Notes: generated by a model from the letters alone, not told the origin. A stretch of 64,000 nucleotides of DNA from Oopsacas minuta (GCA_024704765.1 JAKMXF010000133.1:682001-746000), one strand, 5' to 3'; shown: positions 21,205-32,504, counted from the stretch's first letter. Made by a program: numbers and translations.

Positions 21205-22692
21205 TTACTTGAAGAAGTATTCAAAATATTTCCTGGGACTCCCATAAGGAACAAGACGATTATACGTGAGTAATGTTAACAGAATGATAGCTATTACTAT
21301 TCCATCCATAGAAGCGTATGTAACCTGAGGTCCGTATCTGAAATATAACGGCACTAAGATGAGAGGTCCCAGTCCACGACCCAGAGACGCACTTGAACCA
21401 ATTATACCAAGTATTAAACCTGGGGGATGTGGTCCTATTATTTTGGAAGCGAGGATAATTGTTATAGCATAGATAATAGGGAAAGCTAGAAAAAATATGA
21501 CAGGAGCCAAGAAGAATTGGACTACGTTAAGTTTAGGAACAGTTAAGCACCAAGATTGTCTGAAATAGTCACAACCTACTATTTCTAAACTGTGATTATA
21601 GCCCATCTGATGAATAGGTTCTGGAATAGATCCAGGCCATGGAATATATATGAAGAATGATAAACTCAATACCAAAAATGCAATCAAATACACCATTCTT
21701 TCTGACATGCATTTTAACATTCTCTTCATGAATATTATACCAACATATGATGCTACACCAGAAATTATAAGGATAATGTTATTGTAGGAAATAGCTTGCT
21801 CCTTAGTCCATGCAAACTCGTCCATAGAATATGGACTGATGAGAGCATCGGTAATGGCCACTAACAGATGAGATACAAATGTAGAAATTCCCAATGAGAA
21901 TAATGGTAGTTTATCATAAGGAGCATTTGGGAGTTTATTGTTTGTGTGTATTTCTTCTATGGAAGTTTCACTGCTAAGTAATGGATCAAATTCTTGAGAT
22001 TTTGCATAACAATTATTGCACTTCTTTCTTGATGTTAGAGGATTCACAATAAACTCTTTAAACCAAAACATTAACACAAAGTTAATGAATGCCAATAACG
22101 CAATGATGAAACTAGGAGCAGTGTACAGATTAAATGATACATTAATATATGGGATTATGTAACCAGGATATCCTAGTGGTTGACATAACAAGCCAATAAT
22201 TGGACCTAAAACAAAGCTAATTGGGATTGTTTGGAACAAATTCGACAGTATGACACTGCGCTCTTGCAAGGTAGTAGCGCTAGTGATGTATGAATTTATA
22301 ACAGCTTTGCTACTAGCTGATATGCCCATCAAAAACCGCGATATCAGAATCATCCAAATTGCCAAATTTGGAGGAAACAGATTACAGCAAGAATAGAGAA
22401 GATTGCATAATGTTAATAACATCAAATTGAAGCATATAGGTTGTCTGGTAGAAACGCGATTATACCAAAACCCAAATATTGGAGAAGAGAGGACAATCCC
22501 GATTGGGAATACACCGATAACCCAGCTGTAAAATACGTCAGATACTTCCGGGTTCAAAACTTTCAAGTAAGGATATAGGTAGGTAACCTTTGAAGCATTG
22601 TTAATTTGAATGATGAATAACACTAAATACAGCTGTCGAATGGACCACCATCTTCGAGTTCTGAAAGACCGAAAAATTTCTTCTAGAGACAT
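21205..22692 (-). CDS. MFSD8: Major facilitator superfamily transporter, MFSD8/CLN7-like
   Basis: RRWWSIRQLYLV...LYPYLK, SSPIFGFWYN, SRFLMGI, SYITSATTLQERS, GPIIG, NLYTAP, GSSASLGRGLGP; about 12 hydrophobic segments. Confidence 0.8.
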   Translation of the reverse strand: MSLEEIFRSFRTRRWWSIRQLYLVLFIIQINNASKVTYLYPYLKVLNPEVSDVFYSWVIGVFPIGIVLSSPIFGFWYNRVSTRQPICFNLMLLTLCNLLYSCCNLFPPNLAIWMILISRFLMGISASSKAVINSYITSATTLQERSVILSNLFQTIPISFVLGPIIGLLCQPLGYPGYIIPYINVSFNLYTAPSFIIALLAFINFVLMFWFKEFIVNPLTSRKKCNNCYAKSQEFDPLLSSETSIEEIHTNNKLPNAPYDKLPLFSLGISTFVSHLLVAITDALISPYSMDEFAWTKEQAISYNNIILIISGVASYVGIIFMKRMLKCMSERMVYLIAFLVLSLSFFIYIPWPGSIPEPIHQMGYNHSLEIVGCDYFRQSWCLTVPKLNVVQFFLAPVIFFLAFPIIYAITIILASKIIGPHPPGLILGIIGSSASLGRGLGPLILVPLYFRYGPQVTYASMDGIVIAIILLTLLTYNRLVPYGSPRKYFEYFFK

Positions 22693-23745
22693 GTCTATTT
22701 TCTAAAGAACTACTTAGTATATTCCAATTGAGACTGGTGCAATTGATCAACTAAGGTTATATGGATGATAGGAACTGTTACTTATTGGTTGAGCGTGTAT
22801 ATTTTGATCAGAAAAACGATCTAGAATTTTGATCAGAATTCATATTCTACTCCCTACTTTAGGTCAGTGTCTCTCAAGTTATTTTTCGAGATGTTGAGGT
22901 TAATTTTTTAGATTAGCTGAAAAACTAGTCCCTAAAAATCTACAGTCCTACATTTATAAATAATTTCAAATTTTATCAGAAAATGTAGAAATCTTTATGT
23001 ATTAATATTTCTTCGTTATCTGATCAAAATTATACTTTTCTGGCCAAGTATATACAGTCTCATAATGGTGATATTTATTCACATTCCAAAAGATGTCTTA
23101 TACCTGGATCAGTGAATATAGTTTCGCATTAAGACATATTTCGAACTCCCAACTATGGTATTTCCCAAATTAATGCCATTTAACGTGCTTGCTACTCGTT
23201 GAAAAACGAGGTTAGTCAATTATTATACTCTAACCTGAGTTGATCAATTGCCAATATAAGGTACAATGGAACCTGCTATAACGGATACTCTATCTAGCCG
23301 TAACTTGTCATACATACTAAGCTAACGAGCTAACCTACGGATTTGATGAAATACAAATAACTTTTTTGCTTAGTTAGAATCCCAATATTTTATAGATATT
23401 TTTGCCATTGTTTATTAGTACTCACATTCTTTGCATCATGATAATAATACAATTATCATTATTGAATAGTATATTATTGATGACAATGTCCTAAGCATGC
23501 AATGCATTGACAAATAGTCAGCACATGGAATTAATAAAACGTAACATAATCCCAACTGATTGCCTTTGTTGAAATACCGTTATTATGGTGGCTGCTATGA
23601 ATTTCCACTTTTTGTGATTGTTTGTCTTTTTGAATAGAAATTATATTTTTATAGCATTCTATATATTTTCATATTTGGATAGACACTTGCGATCATTCAG
23701 TAATTATGTTTACTGTAACTCCTATTATTTAAGATGTCCAATGAC

Positions 23746-24052
23746 ATGGACGATGTGCAGGTGCGTACGAAAACTAGCAACCCATTAAACATGTTAATCG
23801 CCCTTTCTATATAAAATCAATCCATGCTAGAGATGAGGTTATTATCACATGACTAGGTCAAAAGTGTGAAAATCAGATTCAGTTTACTCGATAAATTTTT
23901 ATTGAATTTTATTTACTTCCTTGAATTACACACGATATTATTATGTATAGTTGGGCAACATTCATTTCTATTTCAAAATAGTATATCATAAATCCTTTTC
24001 TTGACAACGGACAATCAGACATAACAACAATTGAGATTTGATAGAGTACAGA
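23746..24052 (-). repeat. Helitron-like repeat copy, about 300 bp
   Basis: Contains CAAAAGTGTGAAAATC..ATTCAG, TTTTATTGAATTTTATTTAC and TTGACAACGGACAA; the left end ATGGACGATGTG also occurs at 26613 and 44419. Confidence 0.6.
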
Positions 24053-24470
24053 TTAAATCATAGCCTATCATTATATTTAAATATCACAATCTCTAATCGA
24101 ACCATTCAAATTCTGTTTTCCCCAAATCGAGGTAACTGGAGTTTTTACGATTATGGAATATGTTCTGTCTAAAGTCTCATCCTGAACTAATTACTTGATT
24201 TACTTCATAGAACTGTTTGCGCATAATGTCCTACAGGTTCTTGGTGGGAGACTTGTTGGTATCAGTAAAAGTGGGTTGGATATTATAAATACAATAATTG
24301 GTTTGCTATGACAATTTGTAATAGAGCTTTCTATTCTACACAAAGATATCTATCAAAGGTTTCGATAAAAATGGCTGTTCGCAGCTGTAACCGTGCAGCT
24401 CAAAAATTGCGCAATAATTCATTAATCGTGTTTTATTAGATAGATTGCATTAGCGTACATTTTATTATTA

Positions 24471-25448
24471 ATGACTTCAGAGTCTAAATACAAAGATTAT
24501 GAAACTACCGAGCAGAGACGACGATCATTCCAGAATTATCCCAAATCATATCCCACTATTCAACGTCTAGTAGAAGCTGGATTTTTCTATGTAGGCGTAA
24601 CTACTGAGGATGACGACTGTCAATGCTATTCCTGTGGTGTGAAACTATTCAATTGGGCCGAGAAGGATGATCCTATGAAAGAGCATCGAAAGTTTAGACC
24701 GAACTGTAAGGTTGTCAAGCTAACTAATAATCCTGAAAGCATGGCTTCTGGGGCTACATGGGGCTCTCCAAGTGCGAAATACTCACCTAACAATTCAGAC
24801 ATTCCTCATTCAGACCCTGCTCACCCTGTTCCCCTGCCTCATCCACTTTTTTACAGTCCAATCCTGTTATCAACGCAAAGTAAGCAACAATTGTATGCAG
24901 ATTTAAATGTAATCAATCATGTACCCAGCAAGACATCAAGCAAGGAATCTATGTATTCAGCATATCAACAAGAAAAACCACCTGATGAAGAGCCTAATAC
25001 TATTGTTCAGTCTCCTTCCCAATACATGCAAAGCCATCTGTATGAAGCTAACCGTCCAAATGTGTATAACACGTCACAAGGTGACGTTCCACCACTTTCC
25101 CCACGTGCTGGAATTCATCAAAAAACTCCTTCAGCTGTGAGACTACCAATTCAATCAGATTGTTATCCTGACTCCAGTCAACCCACTTATTACAAACCAC
25201 CCCATGGACCACAACTTGGACTTTGTCGTACATCTCCAGCAAGAATCGACTCTTTGCGCACTGGTCCCTTACAGTCCAATGGATCTGATAATTTAATGTA
25301 CAGTACCGTGACTAATGGAGGAGGTTATAGACCCCAGTACTCATTCATAAATGAAAATTATGCTCTACGGACCCCAATTACACCAACATATTCTCAACAG
25401 TTTCTTGCACGCCCCTCAAACGGATCTAGTTATTATCCTAATTATTGA
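24471..25448 (+). CDS. Single-BIR-domain IAP-like protein 1 with Pro/Ser/Tyr-rich tail
   Basis: RRRSFQNYP...LVEAGFFY...CQCYSCGVKLFNWAEKDDPMKEHRKFRPNC (CX2CX16HX6C intact); no RING. Confidence 0.88.
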   Translation: MTSESKYKDYETTEQRRRSFQNYPKSYPTIQRLVEAGFFYVGVTTEDDDCQCYSCGVKLFNWAEKDDPMKEHRKFRPNCKVVKLTNNPESMASGATWGSPSAKYSPNNSDIPHSDPAHPVPLPHPLFYSPILLSTQSKQQLYADLNVINHVPSKTSSKESMYSAYQQEKPPDEEPNTIVQSPSQYMQSHLYEANRPNVYNTSQGDVPPLSPRAGIHQKTPSAVRLPIQSDCYPDSSQPTYYKPPHGPQLGLCRTSPARIDSLRTGPLQSNGSDNLMYSTVTNGGGYRPQYSFINENYALRTPITPTYSQQFLARPSNGSSYYPNY

Positions 25449-27010
25449 TTTATTCTACTTAGATTGTGATTTATGTACATATTTTATTTTGAACTAAAAT
25501 ACACTGATACTAAATATTTTATCATGTATCTCTACCTTATACATTCTCAGTTCTTGAAACTTGTTTGTGAATATTCTTTGTTATACATTTTCTTATTAGT
25601 GTTATATTCATGTGTATGTATCTATCTCTATACAAATATTCCATAAGAGGATAATTCACACCTGCCAACCATTGTTGCATCATCCCTAGATTGAGAAAAT
25701 ACTTCGGCTAAAATAGCTGCTATCATATACTTATCTATTGCCTGGATATTTGCGATAGCATGGCCATGGCCAAGATGAAACTGCAAGCAAATATTAGTAA
25801 TTTTTTGAGTCATTGATGCTATTTTTAATCAGGAAAACATTGACCTGGAATTTTATGCAACGATATAGTCATAATAACTAATGTTTAATTATTTCGGTAA
25901 TTCACCTACATGTACCCTAAAGTTTAAGCCATTCAGGAATTCAATATAACAAAACATCTTATGTATGTGATCAATTCATGATCGTATATATTATCATAGA
26001 TGATGATGATTCCCTTCAAGGCAGTCTCAAATTTGAGTCTAAATTTATTCATCAAAGATTTGTACATACGATTCGCCTTCTCCTACAGCTTTTCCAATAA
26101 CAATGTACAAAAATATATAATAAATAGTCACTGGAGATATTTGCACGATTTTAGCTTGTTTTGGCAAACTAAAAAGTAATCAAATTGATTAGACAGGAAA
26201 ATATTACGATTCATTTAATAAAATGATCAACAGATACAGGTTGATATCCACATTTGTCTACCGACATTTTGGCCTATTTTGGGTGAATTTGGACAATTTT
26301 AGGTATAAAGAATATTCATCAAAAGTTTTAGGCTAATTATTGATGACATTGAATCTAACATCAATCTAAGATATGACAGTACCATAATTAATTGATTATT
26401 GCTAAACACATACACATTGCATTTGATTGTGTCTATAGGAATTTCTCTGTTAAAACTATCCTTTAAATTGATATCTCCATTAATTAACCCAAGTGAGTCA
26501 GTGAATTAATTACGTATTTACAGTGTAAGTATGTAATTCATACGAACGGAAAGTTCTAAAACAGCGAACTAATCTAGTACAGCTACTATTAGGTATCGCA
26601 TTACGTAATGGCATGGACGATGTGACGTTCATACCTCCTTCCGCGCGGCCGTTCGAAATAAAGCAGCTCGATTAACATGAAATTGGTATACAAATATACA
26701 ATTTGGGTTATTTCGAAATTAACAAATTTCCTGGCTAGACAAATAAAGCTATACATGTAACATTGTAAAATACACGCAACTGTAAAATCTTGCACACATG
26801 CAACATATTTTCATTCAACAATGTTGCATAAAGATAGAGCATGTTCTATATCCATGTACATTGTGTACAAAATTGCATCGTGTTTGGTATGTTTGGTAGG
26901 CCATGTGAAGCTAGCACAATTACGTACATGCGTTTCATAATTTCTTCTAATGTGTTTCGTAGGAAGGAATTCTATCTCCAAATTGTTCTGACAATTGCAG
27001 CCCTTCTTCA

Positions 27011-27904
27011 ATGCAGGATAACATTCGCCATCAAGCGTATTCTGACTTACAAGTACGCGTGAAAAGTTTTGAAACATTTCCAAACGACAAGATTGATACT
27101 TACAATCTAGCTGTTGCAGGCTTCTTCTTCACAGGTAATACTCACGACGATATGTGTAATTGTCATTATTGTGGACTAATGCTACATCAATGGGAATCCA
27201 ATGACGACCCTTGGATAGAACATGAGAAGTTTAACTCTGATTGCGCTTTTTTGAAAAGTAGAAGAGATCTTCTAGATTATTCTCTGCTCAAAAGTCCTAT
27301 AAATACTGCCAAATTAAACTCATCCACACCAGCAGCAGCTTCTGGTCAACATGAAGAGAGAACTTCAACACACATAAACTCAGAAATGAACACTAAACCA
27401 CTTTTGAAAGGTATACCTTTTTCCAAGTATCCTGAATCAAAACCACAATACAATGTACCAAATTTAACTTCTCGAGACAACCGTTATGCAGTTACAGGTA
27501 TGCCACCACGACTATCAGAGCATTCACATTTTCCAATATCACAGTATAAAACTGCAGGTATGCATTCTCAAGATAATTCTATCACTAAACCTATTTATGG
27601 CCAAGGCCAGCCTTTAATTCCATCTATGCTTGGAATAAAGTCAAAGGAAAATATACTCAACACACCACAATTCCAAACCCAAGGAAGTTATACTAGTCTA
27701 GATACACCTTTTAGAAATCCTGATCAAACTGACAATCAATTCAATCAAGATCACAGGAGAAGGCCTCCGTCTTATGTGAAAGATCAAGAAAACAAGTTTT
27801 CTGTAACAGACATGCCTCAGAAGAAATATGAGCATGGAGAACAGCCAGATTGGAAACCAGGCCAGCCATTAATTCCCAGTTTTAATCAATATTGTACTAA
27901 ATAG
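27011..27904 (+). CDS. Single-BIR-domain IAP-like protein 2
   Basis: RVKSFETFP...LAVAGFFF...CNCHYCGLMLHQWESNDDPWIEHEKFNSDC; disordered tail; no RING. Confidence 0.88.
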   Translation: MQDNIRHQAYSDLQVRVKSFETFPNDKIDTYNLAVAGFFFTGNTHDDMCNCHYCGLMLHQWESNDDPWIEHEKFNSDCAFLKSRRDLLDYSLLKSPINTAKLNSSTPAAASGQHEERTSTHINSEMNTKPLLKGIPFSKYPESKPQYNVPNLTSRDNRYAVTGMPPRLSEHSHFPISQYKTAGMHSQDNSITKPIYGQGQPLIPSMLGIKSKENILNTPQFQTQGSYTSLDTPFRNPDQTDNQFNQDHRRRPPSYVKDQENKFSVTDMPQKKYEHGEQPDWKPGQPLIPSFNQYCTK

Positions 27905-28308
27905 AGCTGTGCTTAACACATAACCAACACAAGGTCTAACACGCAGGAAAGTGACCTTACAACCTTCTAACAATGTATATAGAGTGTATATTTGTAATAC
28001 ATATATGTTTATATTAATTATTTACGAGTTCTGTAAATTTAGATTGCTATTTATTCTCGAACTTCTGTCCACCCGGACATATGTTTCGAGAATAATGTTG
28101 GTGATAGTCATATTCTTCTACAATCGCACTCGTTTCGAGGGTAAAACTTAATTCAAAAAATATTATTTTGGTAGAAATGGAAAATTCAAATTGGGCTAGA
28201 TATTACATGTATTTTCTCTGAAAAGCAGGTAATTCTGATTTAGGCACAATTCAGAAGGACATGACACTCTAATTTATTCGAAAATCTGAAGTAGGTAACT
28301 AAGTAGTA

Positions 28309-28594
28309 TAGTTGAACCTTCAAGATCCGGGTACCTTCATAAACTGTGCAAGATATTTACAATCTGTTTAAAATTATTCATCCAATTTTCAAATATTTAC
28401 CCATAATAGATTTGACTGCATTTTCACGTTAAACCTTTTCTTAGCCTTCATAAACTGCGGACATCTCTATTCTATAGTGAAACATATCTTACAATTGTGG
28501 ATTTGAACACATTTGGGACTACCATAGAGCTAATGTTATTTCATAGATCCGGACACACCTCGACCACACTGCCCGGATCTCGGAGGTTCGACTG
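28309..28594. mobile_element. Tc1/pogo-type MITE, 286 bp, directly upstream of IAP-like gene 3
   Basis: TA|TAGTTGAACCTTCAAGATCCGGG ... CCCGGATCTCGGAGGTTCGACTG|TA: imperfect 23-bp TIRs with TA on both sides. Confidence 0.7.
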
Positions 28595-28720
28595 TATAAG
28601 TACGTATACATGACTTTAAGTAGGAAATACATCTTATGTATGACAGGACCACTTGCTTTAATTTTACTTCATATACTTGTTAGAACTATTAGATTATTTA
28701 ATCATAGTATTTACCATCCA

Positions 28721-30190
28721 ATGGACAGTGAATACCCACAGTATTGTGACTTACAAGCACGCATTATCAGTTTTGAAAATTTTCCAAATAACAAGATAAA
28801 TACGAACGCTCTAGCTGTAGCAGGCTTTTTCTTCTTAGGCGATGATTATGACGATACGTGTACTTGCCATTATTGTGGAGTAATGATGCATCAATGGGAA
28901 TCTGATGATGATCCTTGGGTAGAACATAAGAAGTTTAACTCTGATTGTACATTTTTGAAGTGTAGAGGAAACCTAGATACTTATGCCCAACAATATAGCT
29001 CCTCACCTGCTTCTAGACAACCTGAAATTCCATTACGCAAAAACTCGGAACATAAATTTCTACCACATCAACCATACACTGGTAGTAATCCAAATTCTAA
29101 GAGAAATTCGTATACTGAACTCAACATAATTAATCCTACACCAAACACACCAAACAAGTCTGCCCTATATTCAACAATTCAACAACAACCAGCTGTAAAA
29201 CAATTAACTCAAGAAAACCAGTCTACTGTTATTGCTATGTCTCACCATGTAACTGTGCCAAAAAGGAATTCAATAATTGAAGGACAGTCTTCAATAACCT
29301 CTACAACGGAATTTAATGGCAGCATGTTTAACTCACTTCCAATCCACAGTAGAACATACACACAACCAAATATGATAAAAAATGAACAAACTTTTAGAAA
29401 TCCTAAGAAAGCTGCTTCACAATTAAATGAAGTACCTCTTGACTATAGGAGTCGGTCACAGCCTTTTTCTTCAGAAGCACAAAAGCCAATTGGGAGAAGA
29501 AATCAACCATCAGTCCCACCATCTTCCTTTGGGAGAGAACCAGAAGGGAATATTAACAAACTTCCAACAATTCCAGAGCCCCCACAGAAAGAACCTGGGC
29601 AGATATGGAGAGGGGGCCAACCATTAACACCATCTTCCTTTGGGAGAGAACCAGAAGGGAATATTAACAAACTTCCAACAATTCCAGAGCCCCCACAGAA
29701 AGAACCTGGGCAGATATGGAGAGGGGGCCAACCATTAACACCATCTTTCATTGGGATAGAACCAAAGGAGAATCTAATTAACAAATCTACAGCAATTTCG
29801 GTACCTCCAAAGAAAGAACCTGAGCAGATATGGGGAGGGGGGCAACCATTAACACCATCTTTCATTGGGATAGAACCAAAGGAGAATCTAATTAACAAAT
29901 CTACAACAATTTCGGTACCTCCAAAGAAAGAACCTGAGCAGATATGGAGAGGGGGGCAACCATTAACTCCATCTTTCATTGGGATAGAACCAAAGGAGAA
30001 AATTTGTAACTCACTTCTAACTCAGCTAGCATCGGAAGAGGAAATATTTTACACACCGCCCGAACTGAATGAATCAGAGCAGAAAGACAAGCTACTATTC
30101 CATTCTTCAATTGAGAAAGTATCAAAGGAGGAAAATACCAAACAAACCTTCAACTATATCCACATCTCCCTCCAACTAAAACATTACTAG
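28721..30190 (+). CDS. Single-BIR-domain IAP-like protein 3 with internal tandem repeats; start at 28721 by alignment with gene 2 (ORF track start 28610)
   Basis: MDSEYPQYCDLQARIISFENFP...LAVAGFFF...CTCHYCGVMMHQWESDDDPWVEHKKFNSDC, clearly paralogous to gene 2. Confidence 0.88.
   Translation: MDSEYPQYCDLQARIISFENFPNNKINTNALAVAGFFFLGDDYDDTCTCHYCGVMMHQWESDDDPWVEHKKFNSDCTFLKCRGNLDTYAQQYSSSPASRQPEIPLRKNSEHKFLPHQPYTGSNPNSKRNSYTELNIINPTPNTPNKSALYSTIQQQPAVKQLTQENQSTVIAMSHHVTVPKRNSIIEGQSSITSTTEFNGSMFNSLPIHSRTYTQPNMIKNEQTFRNPKKAASQLNEVPLDYRSRSQPFSSEAQKPIGRRNQPSVPPSSFGREPEGNINKLPTIPEPPQKEPGQIWRGGQPLTPSSFGREPEGNINKLPTIPEPPQKEPGQIWRGGQPLTPSFIGIEPKENLINKSTAISVPPKKEPEQIWGGGQPLTPSFIGIEPKENLINKSTTISVPPKKEPEQIWRGGQPLTPSFIGIEPKEKICNSLLTQLASEEEIFYTPPELNESEQKDKLLFHSSIEKVSKEENTKQTFNYIHISLQLKHY
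29519..30000 (+). repeat. Coding minisatellite: 2 x 111 bp + 2 x 114 bp + a partial unit
   Basis: Units start at 29519, 29630, 29741, 29855 and 29969; they encode PSSFGREPEGNINKLPTIPEPPQKEPGQIWRGGQPLT (37 aa) and PSFIGIEPKENLINKSTxISVPPKKEPEQIWxGGQPLT (38 aa). Confidence 0.95.
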
Positions 30191-30661
30191 TGCATGTAAA
30201 AGCCTCTATACAGGCTAACTGACACTTTGATCTCTTTGGATATTATTTTATTTTCAACTTGTATATAACTGATCATCAACCTGCTATGTTTTACATTCCA
30301 TAGATTTGTATATTTTTATATTGTACGTATATGATATATTTTATTTGAATATATTCTGCAGAATAGTATTGAGTTCTGGCCTGTACCCAAGATTCTTAGT
30401 GATATGTTTAAACCCCTGGGGGGGGGAAGATTGGGGTGGAATATTCCATGGCGTCCAACGCCTGGACGAAGCCCTGCATACAGAGAAACCAGTTTTTTTA
30501 GGACACTTCGATAGTAGATTTAGTAATTTTACTCATTTATTATCTCAGTTGGAGGCCATGAACTTCGCGTTGAGCTGATCCCACTGCACTGTACTACTGT
30601 TTATTTTAATATTTGAAAATCAAGAATTATTTAAGTAACATAATCTTAAAATATTCATATA

Positions 30662-30892
30662 TCATGATTTCTGCTCTTTAATAGAATCCTTTCTTCTATT
30701 ATCTTCAATCTCGTCAAACTTGTCTCTGATTTCTAAAATCCTCTTTGCAATATCTCCTTCATGAACTTTCTTTCTATCTGGTTTTTCTGAAAACCCAGCA
30801 TAAGATGCGTACAGCAATGCTCCACCATAATACAAAGAAGCGCTGAATAGAACTGTTATCAATGATTTATGCAATAAATCCTGGATTAACAT
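30662..30892 (-). CDS. Small single-pass membrane protein resembling cytochrome c oxidase assembly factor COX14
   Basis: DLLHKSLITVLFSASLYYGGALLYASY resembles the COX14 pattern (D-x-x-H-K/R, TM helix, LY-x-x-G-x-L-x-Y) followed by a charged tail; 76 aa. Confidence 0.5.
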   Translation of the reverse strand: MLIQDLLHKSLITVLFSASLYYGGALLYASYAGFSEKPDRKKVHEGDIAKRILEIRDKFDEIEDNRRKDSIKEQKS

Positions 30893-30960
30893 TGTAATTG
30901 AGCTGATGTAATACTTAAGCTAAATTTGCCTAAAGGGGAAATATTGTTAAATATTATATA

Positions 30961-31098
30961 CAGTGATTAGTGAACCTCCACAAACTGGCCTGTGGGAACG
31001 GAGTGAAAATAGAGCGAATTCCTACTGCCATACGAATGGACCTCCATAATTGGGTAGCATTTTGAGTCCCTGACACCCCGTTTGTGGAGGTTTCACTG
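30961..31098. mobile_element. Tc1/pogo-type MITE, 138 bp
   Basis: TA|CAGTGA(ttagtg)AACCTCCACAAAC ... GTTTGTGGAGGTTTCACTG|TA. Confidence 0.7.
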
Positions 31099-31160
31099 TA
31101 TATATTTCGTGCGCAAAAGTTTTAAAGAAATATAAATTATTATACGCTTCATTATTAAGA

Positions 31161-32165
31161 TCAAGAAAATTTCCTAACAAAAGTAGAGTTTATAAGATAG
31201 TTCTTGTGGAACTCAAAAGCTGAAATTTTAGTCCTATACTCAATATGTAAGTCTCCAATTCCAGCCCAACCATCAACTAATTTCAAACCTAATAAACTAT
31301 TTTCCTTTATATAACACACACTCCCTAGTTCAGCACCTGGGAAAGCTACCTGTAACCTTGAAACTATTGAAGAATCCAACGGACTAATAATATTGTATAA
31401 TTTGACTCTCTTACTACCAGACTTACACCATACTCCACTTCTATCATTCAGTGCTCGCTGCATGTTATGCAGCTGCTGACACTTGCATTTGTTAAAATCA
31501 ATCTTACCAGTAGAATTGTTAATTTTAGGAGCTTTGCTACTCAACTTCTCATCAATAGAAATAGGATTCTGTTTCTTATAGTCTAAATTTGCCAAAGTAT
31601 CCATCAACAAGTTTCTACCTATTTCTGCCATGTGTAATCTTAATTCATTACTTGTCATATTCCGCGGAATTTTGATAGTTTCCTGTGACAGGACACGTCC
31701 ATGATCAAATTTACCTTTCGATATTTCCATTATAGTGAGCCCAGTTGTAGTTTCTCCATCTAGAATAGCATTTTCTATTGGAGCAGCTCCTCTCAATTTC
31801 GGTATAAGAGAACCGTGCATGTTAATAATACCATTTGGAAATGAATCAATCATCTCTGAAGGTATATAGTATCCGAAAGCTGCTACAACACCAATATCAA
31901 AGTATTTCTTTGATAGAATCATCTTACGAGTTTCCTTTTTATCCCAAAAGTGATATTTAAGATTGTGCTTATTTGAGTAGTGTAGGACTGGATTGAATGA
32001 AGGAGGCGGATGAATTCCTGCTGGAGGTCTGCCTGAGGGTGTGACTACCTCTAAGTGTTTGATAGGATATACAGACGGTGATGAAGAAGGTCTACTTAAA
32101 TTTTTGTAGAGTTCTGACAGGATTACAGCTGAGAACTTATCGCTTCCGAAAAATAAGATTCTCAT
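31161..32165 (-). CDS. MTFMT: Methionyl-tRNA formyltransferase (mitochondrial type)
   Basis: ILFFGSDKFS, FDIGVVAAFG, GIINMHGSLIPKLRGAAPI, TTGLTIMEISKGKFDHG, SKAPKI. Confidence 0.9.
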   Translation of the reverse strand: MRILFFGSDKFSAVILSELYKNLSRPSSSPSVYPIKHLEVVTPSGRPPAGIHPPPSFNPVLHYSNKHNLKYHFWDKKETRKMILSKKYFDIGVVAAFGYYIPSEMIDSFPNGIINMHGSLIPKLRGAAPIENAILDGETTTGLTIMEISKGKFDHGRVLSQETIKIPRNMTSNELRLHMAEIGRNLLMDTLANLDYKKQNPISIDEKLSSKAPKINNSTGKIDFNKCKCQQLHNMQRALNDRSGVWCKSGSKRVKLYNIISPLDSSIVSRLQVAFPGAELGSVCYIKENSLLGLKLVDGWAGIGDLHIEYRTKISAFEFHKNYLINSTFVRKFS

Positions 32166-32504
32166 TATTGATATAATATATAAATATGCTAATTAATATT
32201 TTATGAGTGATCAATTATAGAAACTGTAAGGTCAAATAATTTCCAGAAAACTCTATTAGGAATTTGAGATGGGAGATGATATCTCAGTATATCGTGAACT
32301 CTGGTTAATCGGGACAAACTCCCTGTGACAAGTTGTTAATTACAAAATCGCAATAAATTGTTTGTGTAGGCTAGGTCCCGAATTCCCAATCCCAATAAGA
32401 TTGAAAATTTGATTGATGGCTGTATGTATCTCTGGCGTGAGATAATCATAAATTGTACGTAAAAAAGCTTTGAATCTAATAGCTTCTAATAAAGAAATAC
32501 ATTT

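Noticed and set aside
28610-28720. Hydrophobic N-terminal extension of IAP-like 3 as a signal or TM segment
   Set aside because: It starts right beside a MITE end, is absent from paralog 2, and lies upstream of an acceptor-like AG (28707); ATG 28721 aligns with the paralog start.
29503-29979. 158-aa minus-strand repetitive ORF
   Set aside because: It is the antisense shadow of the coding minisatellite in IAP-like gene 3.
31161-32165. Bacterial contamination suggested by the intronless fmt and rmlB-like genes
   Set aside because: They are flanked by unambiguous eukaryotic genes (UTP6, SF3A3, DHX15), have the same base composition and show no Shine-Dalgarno pattern.
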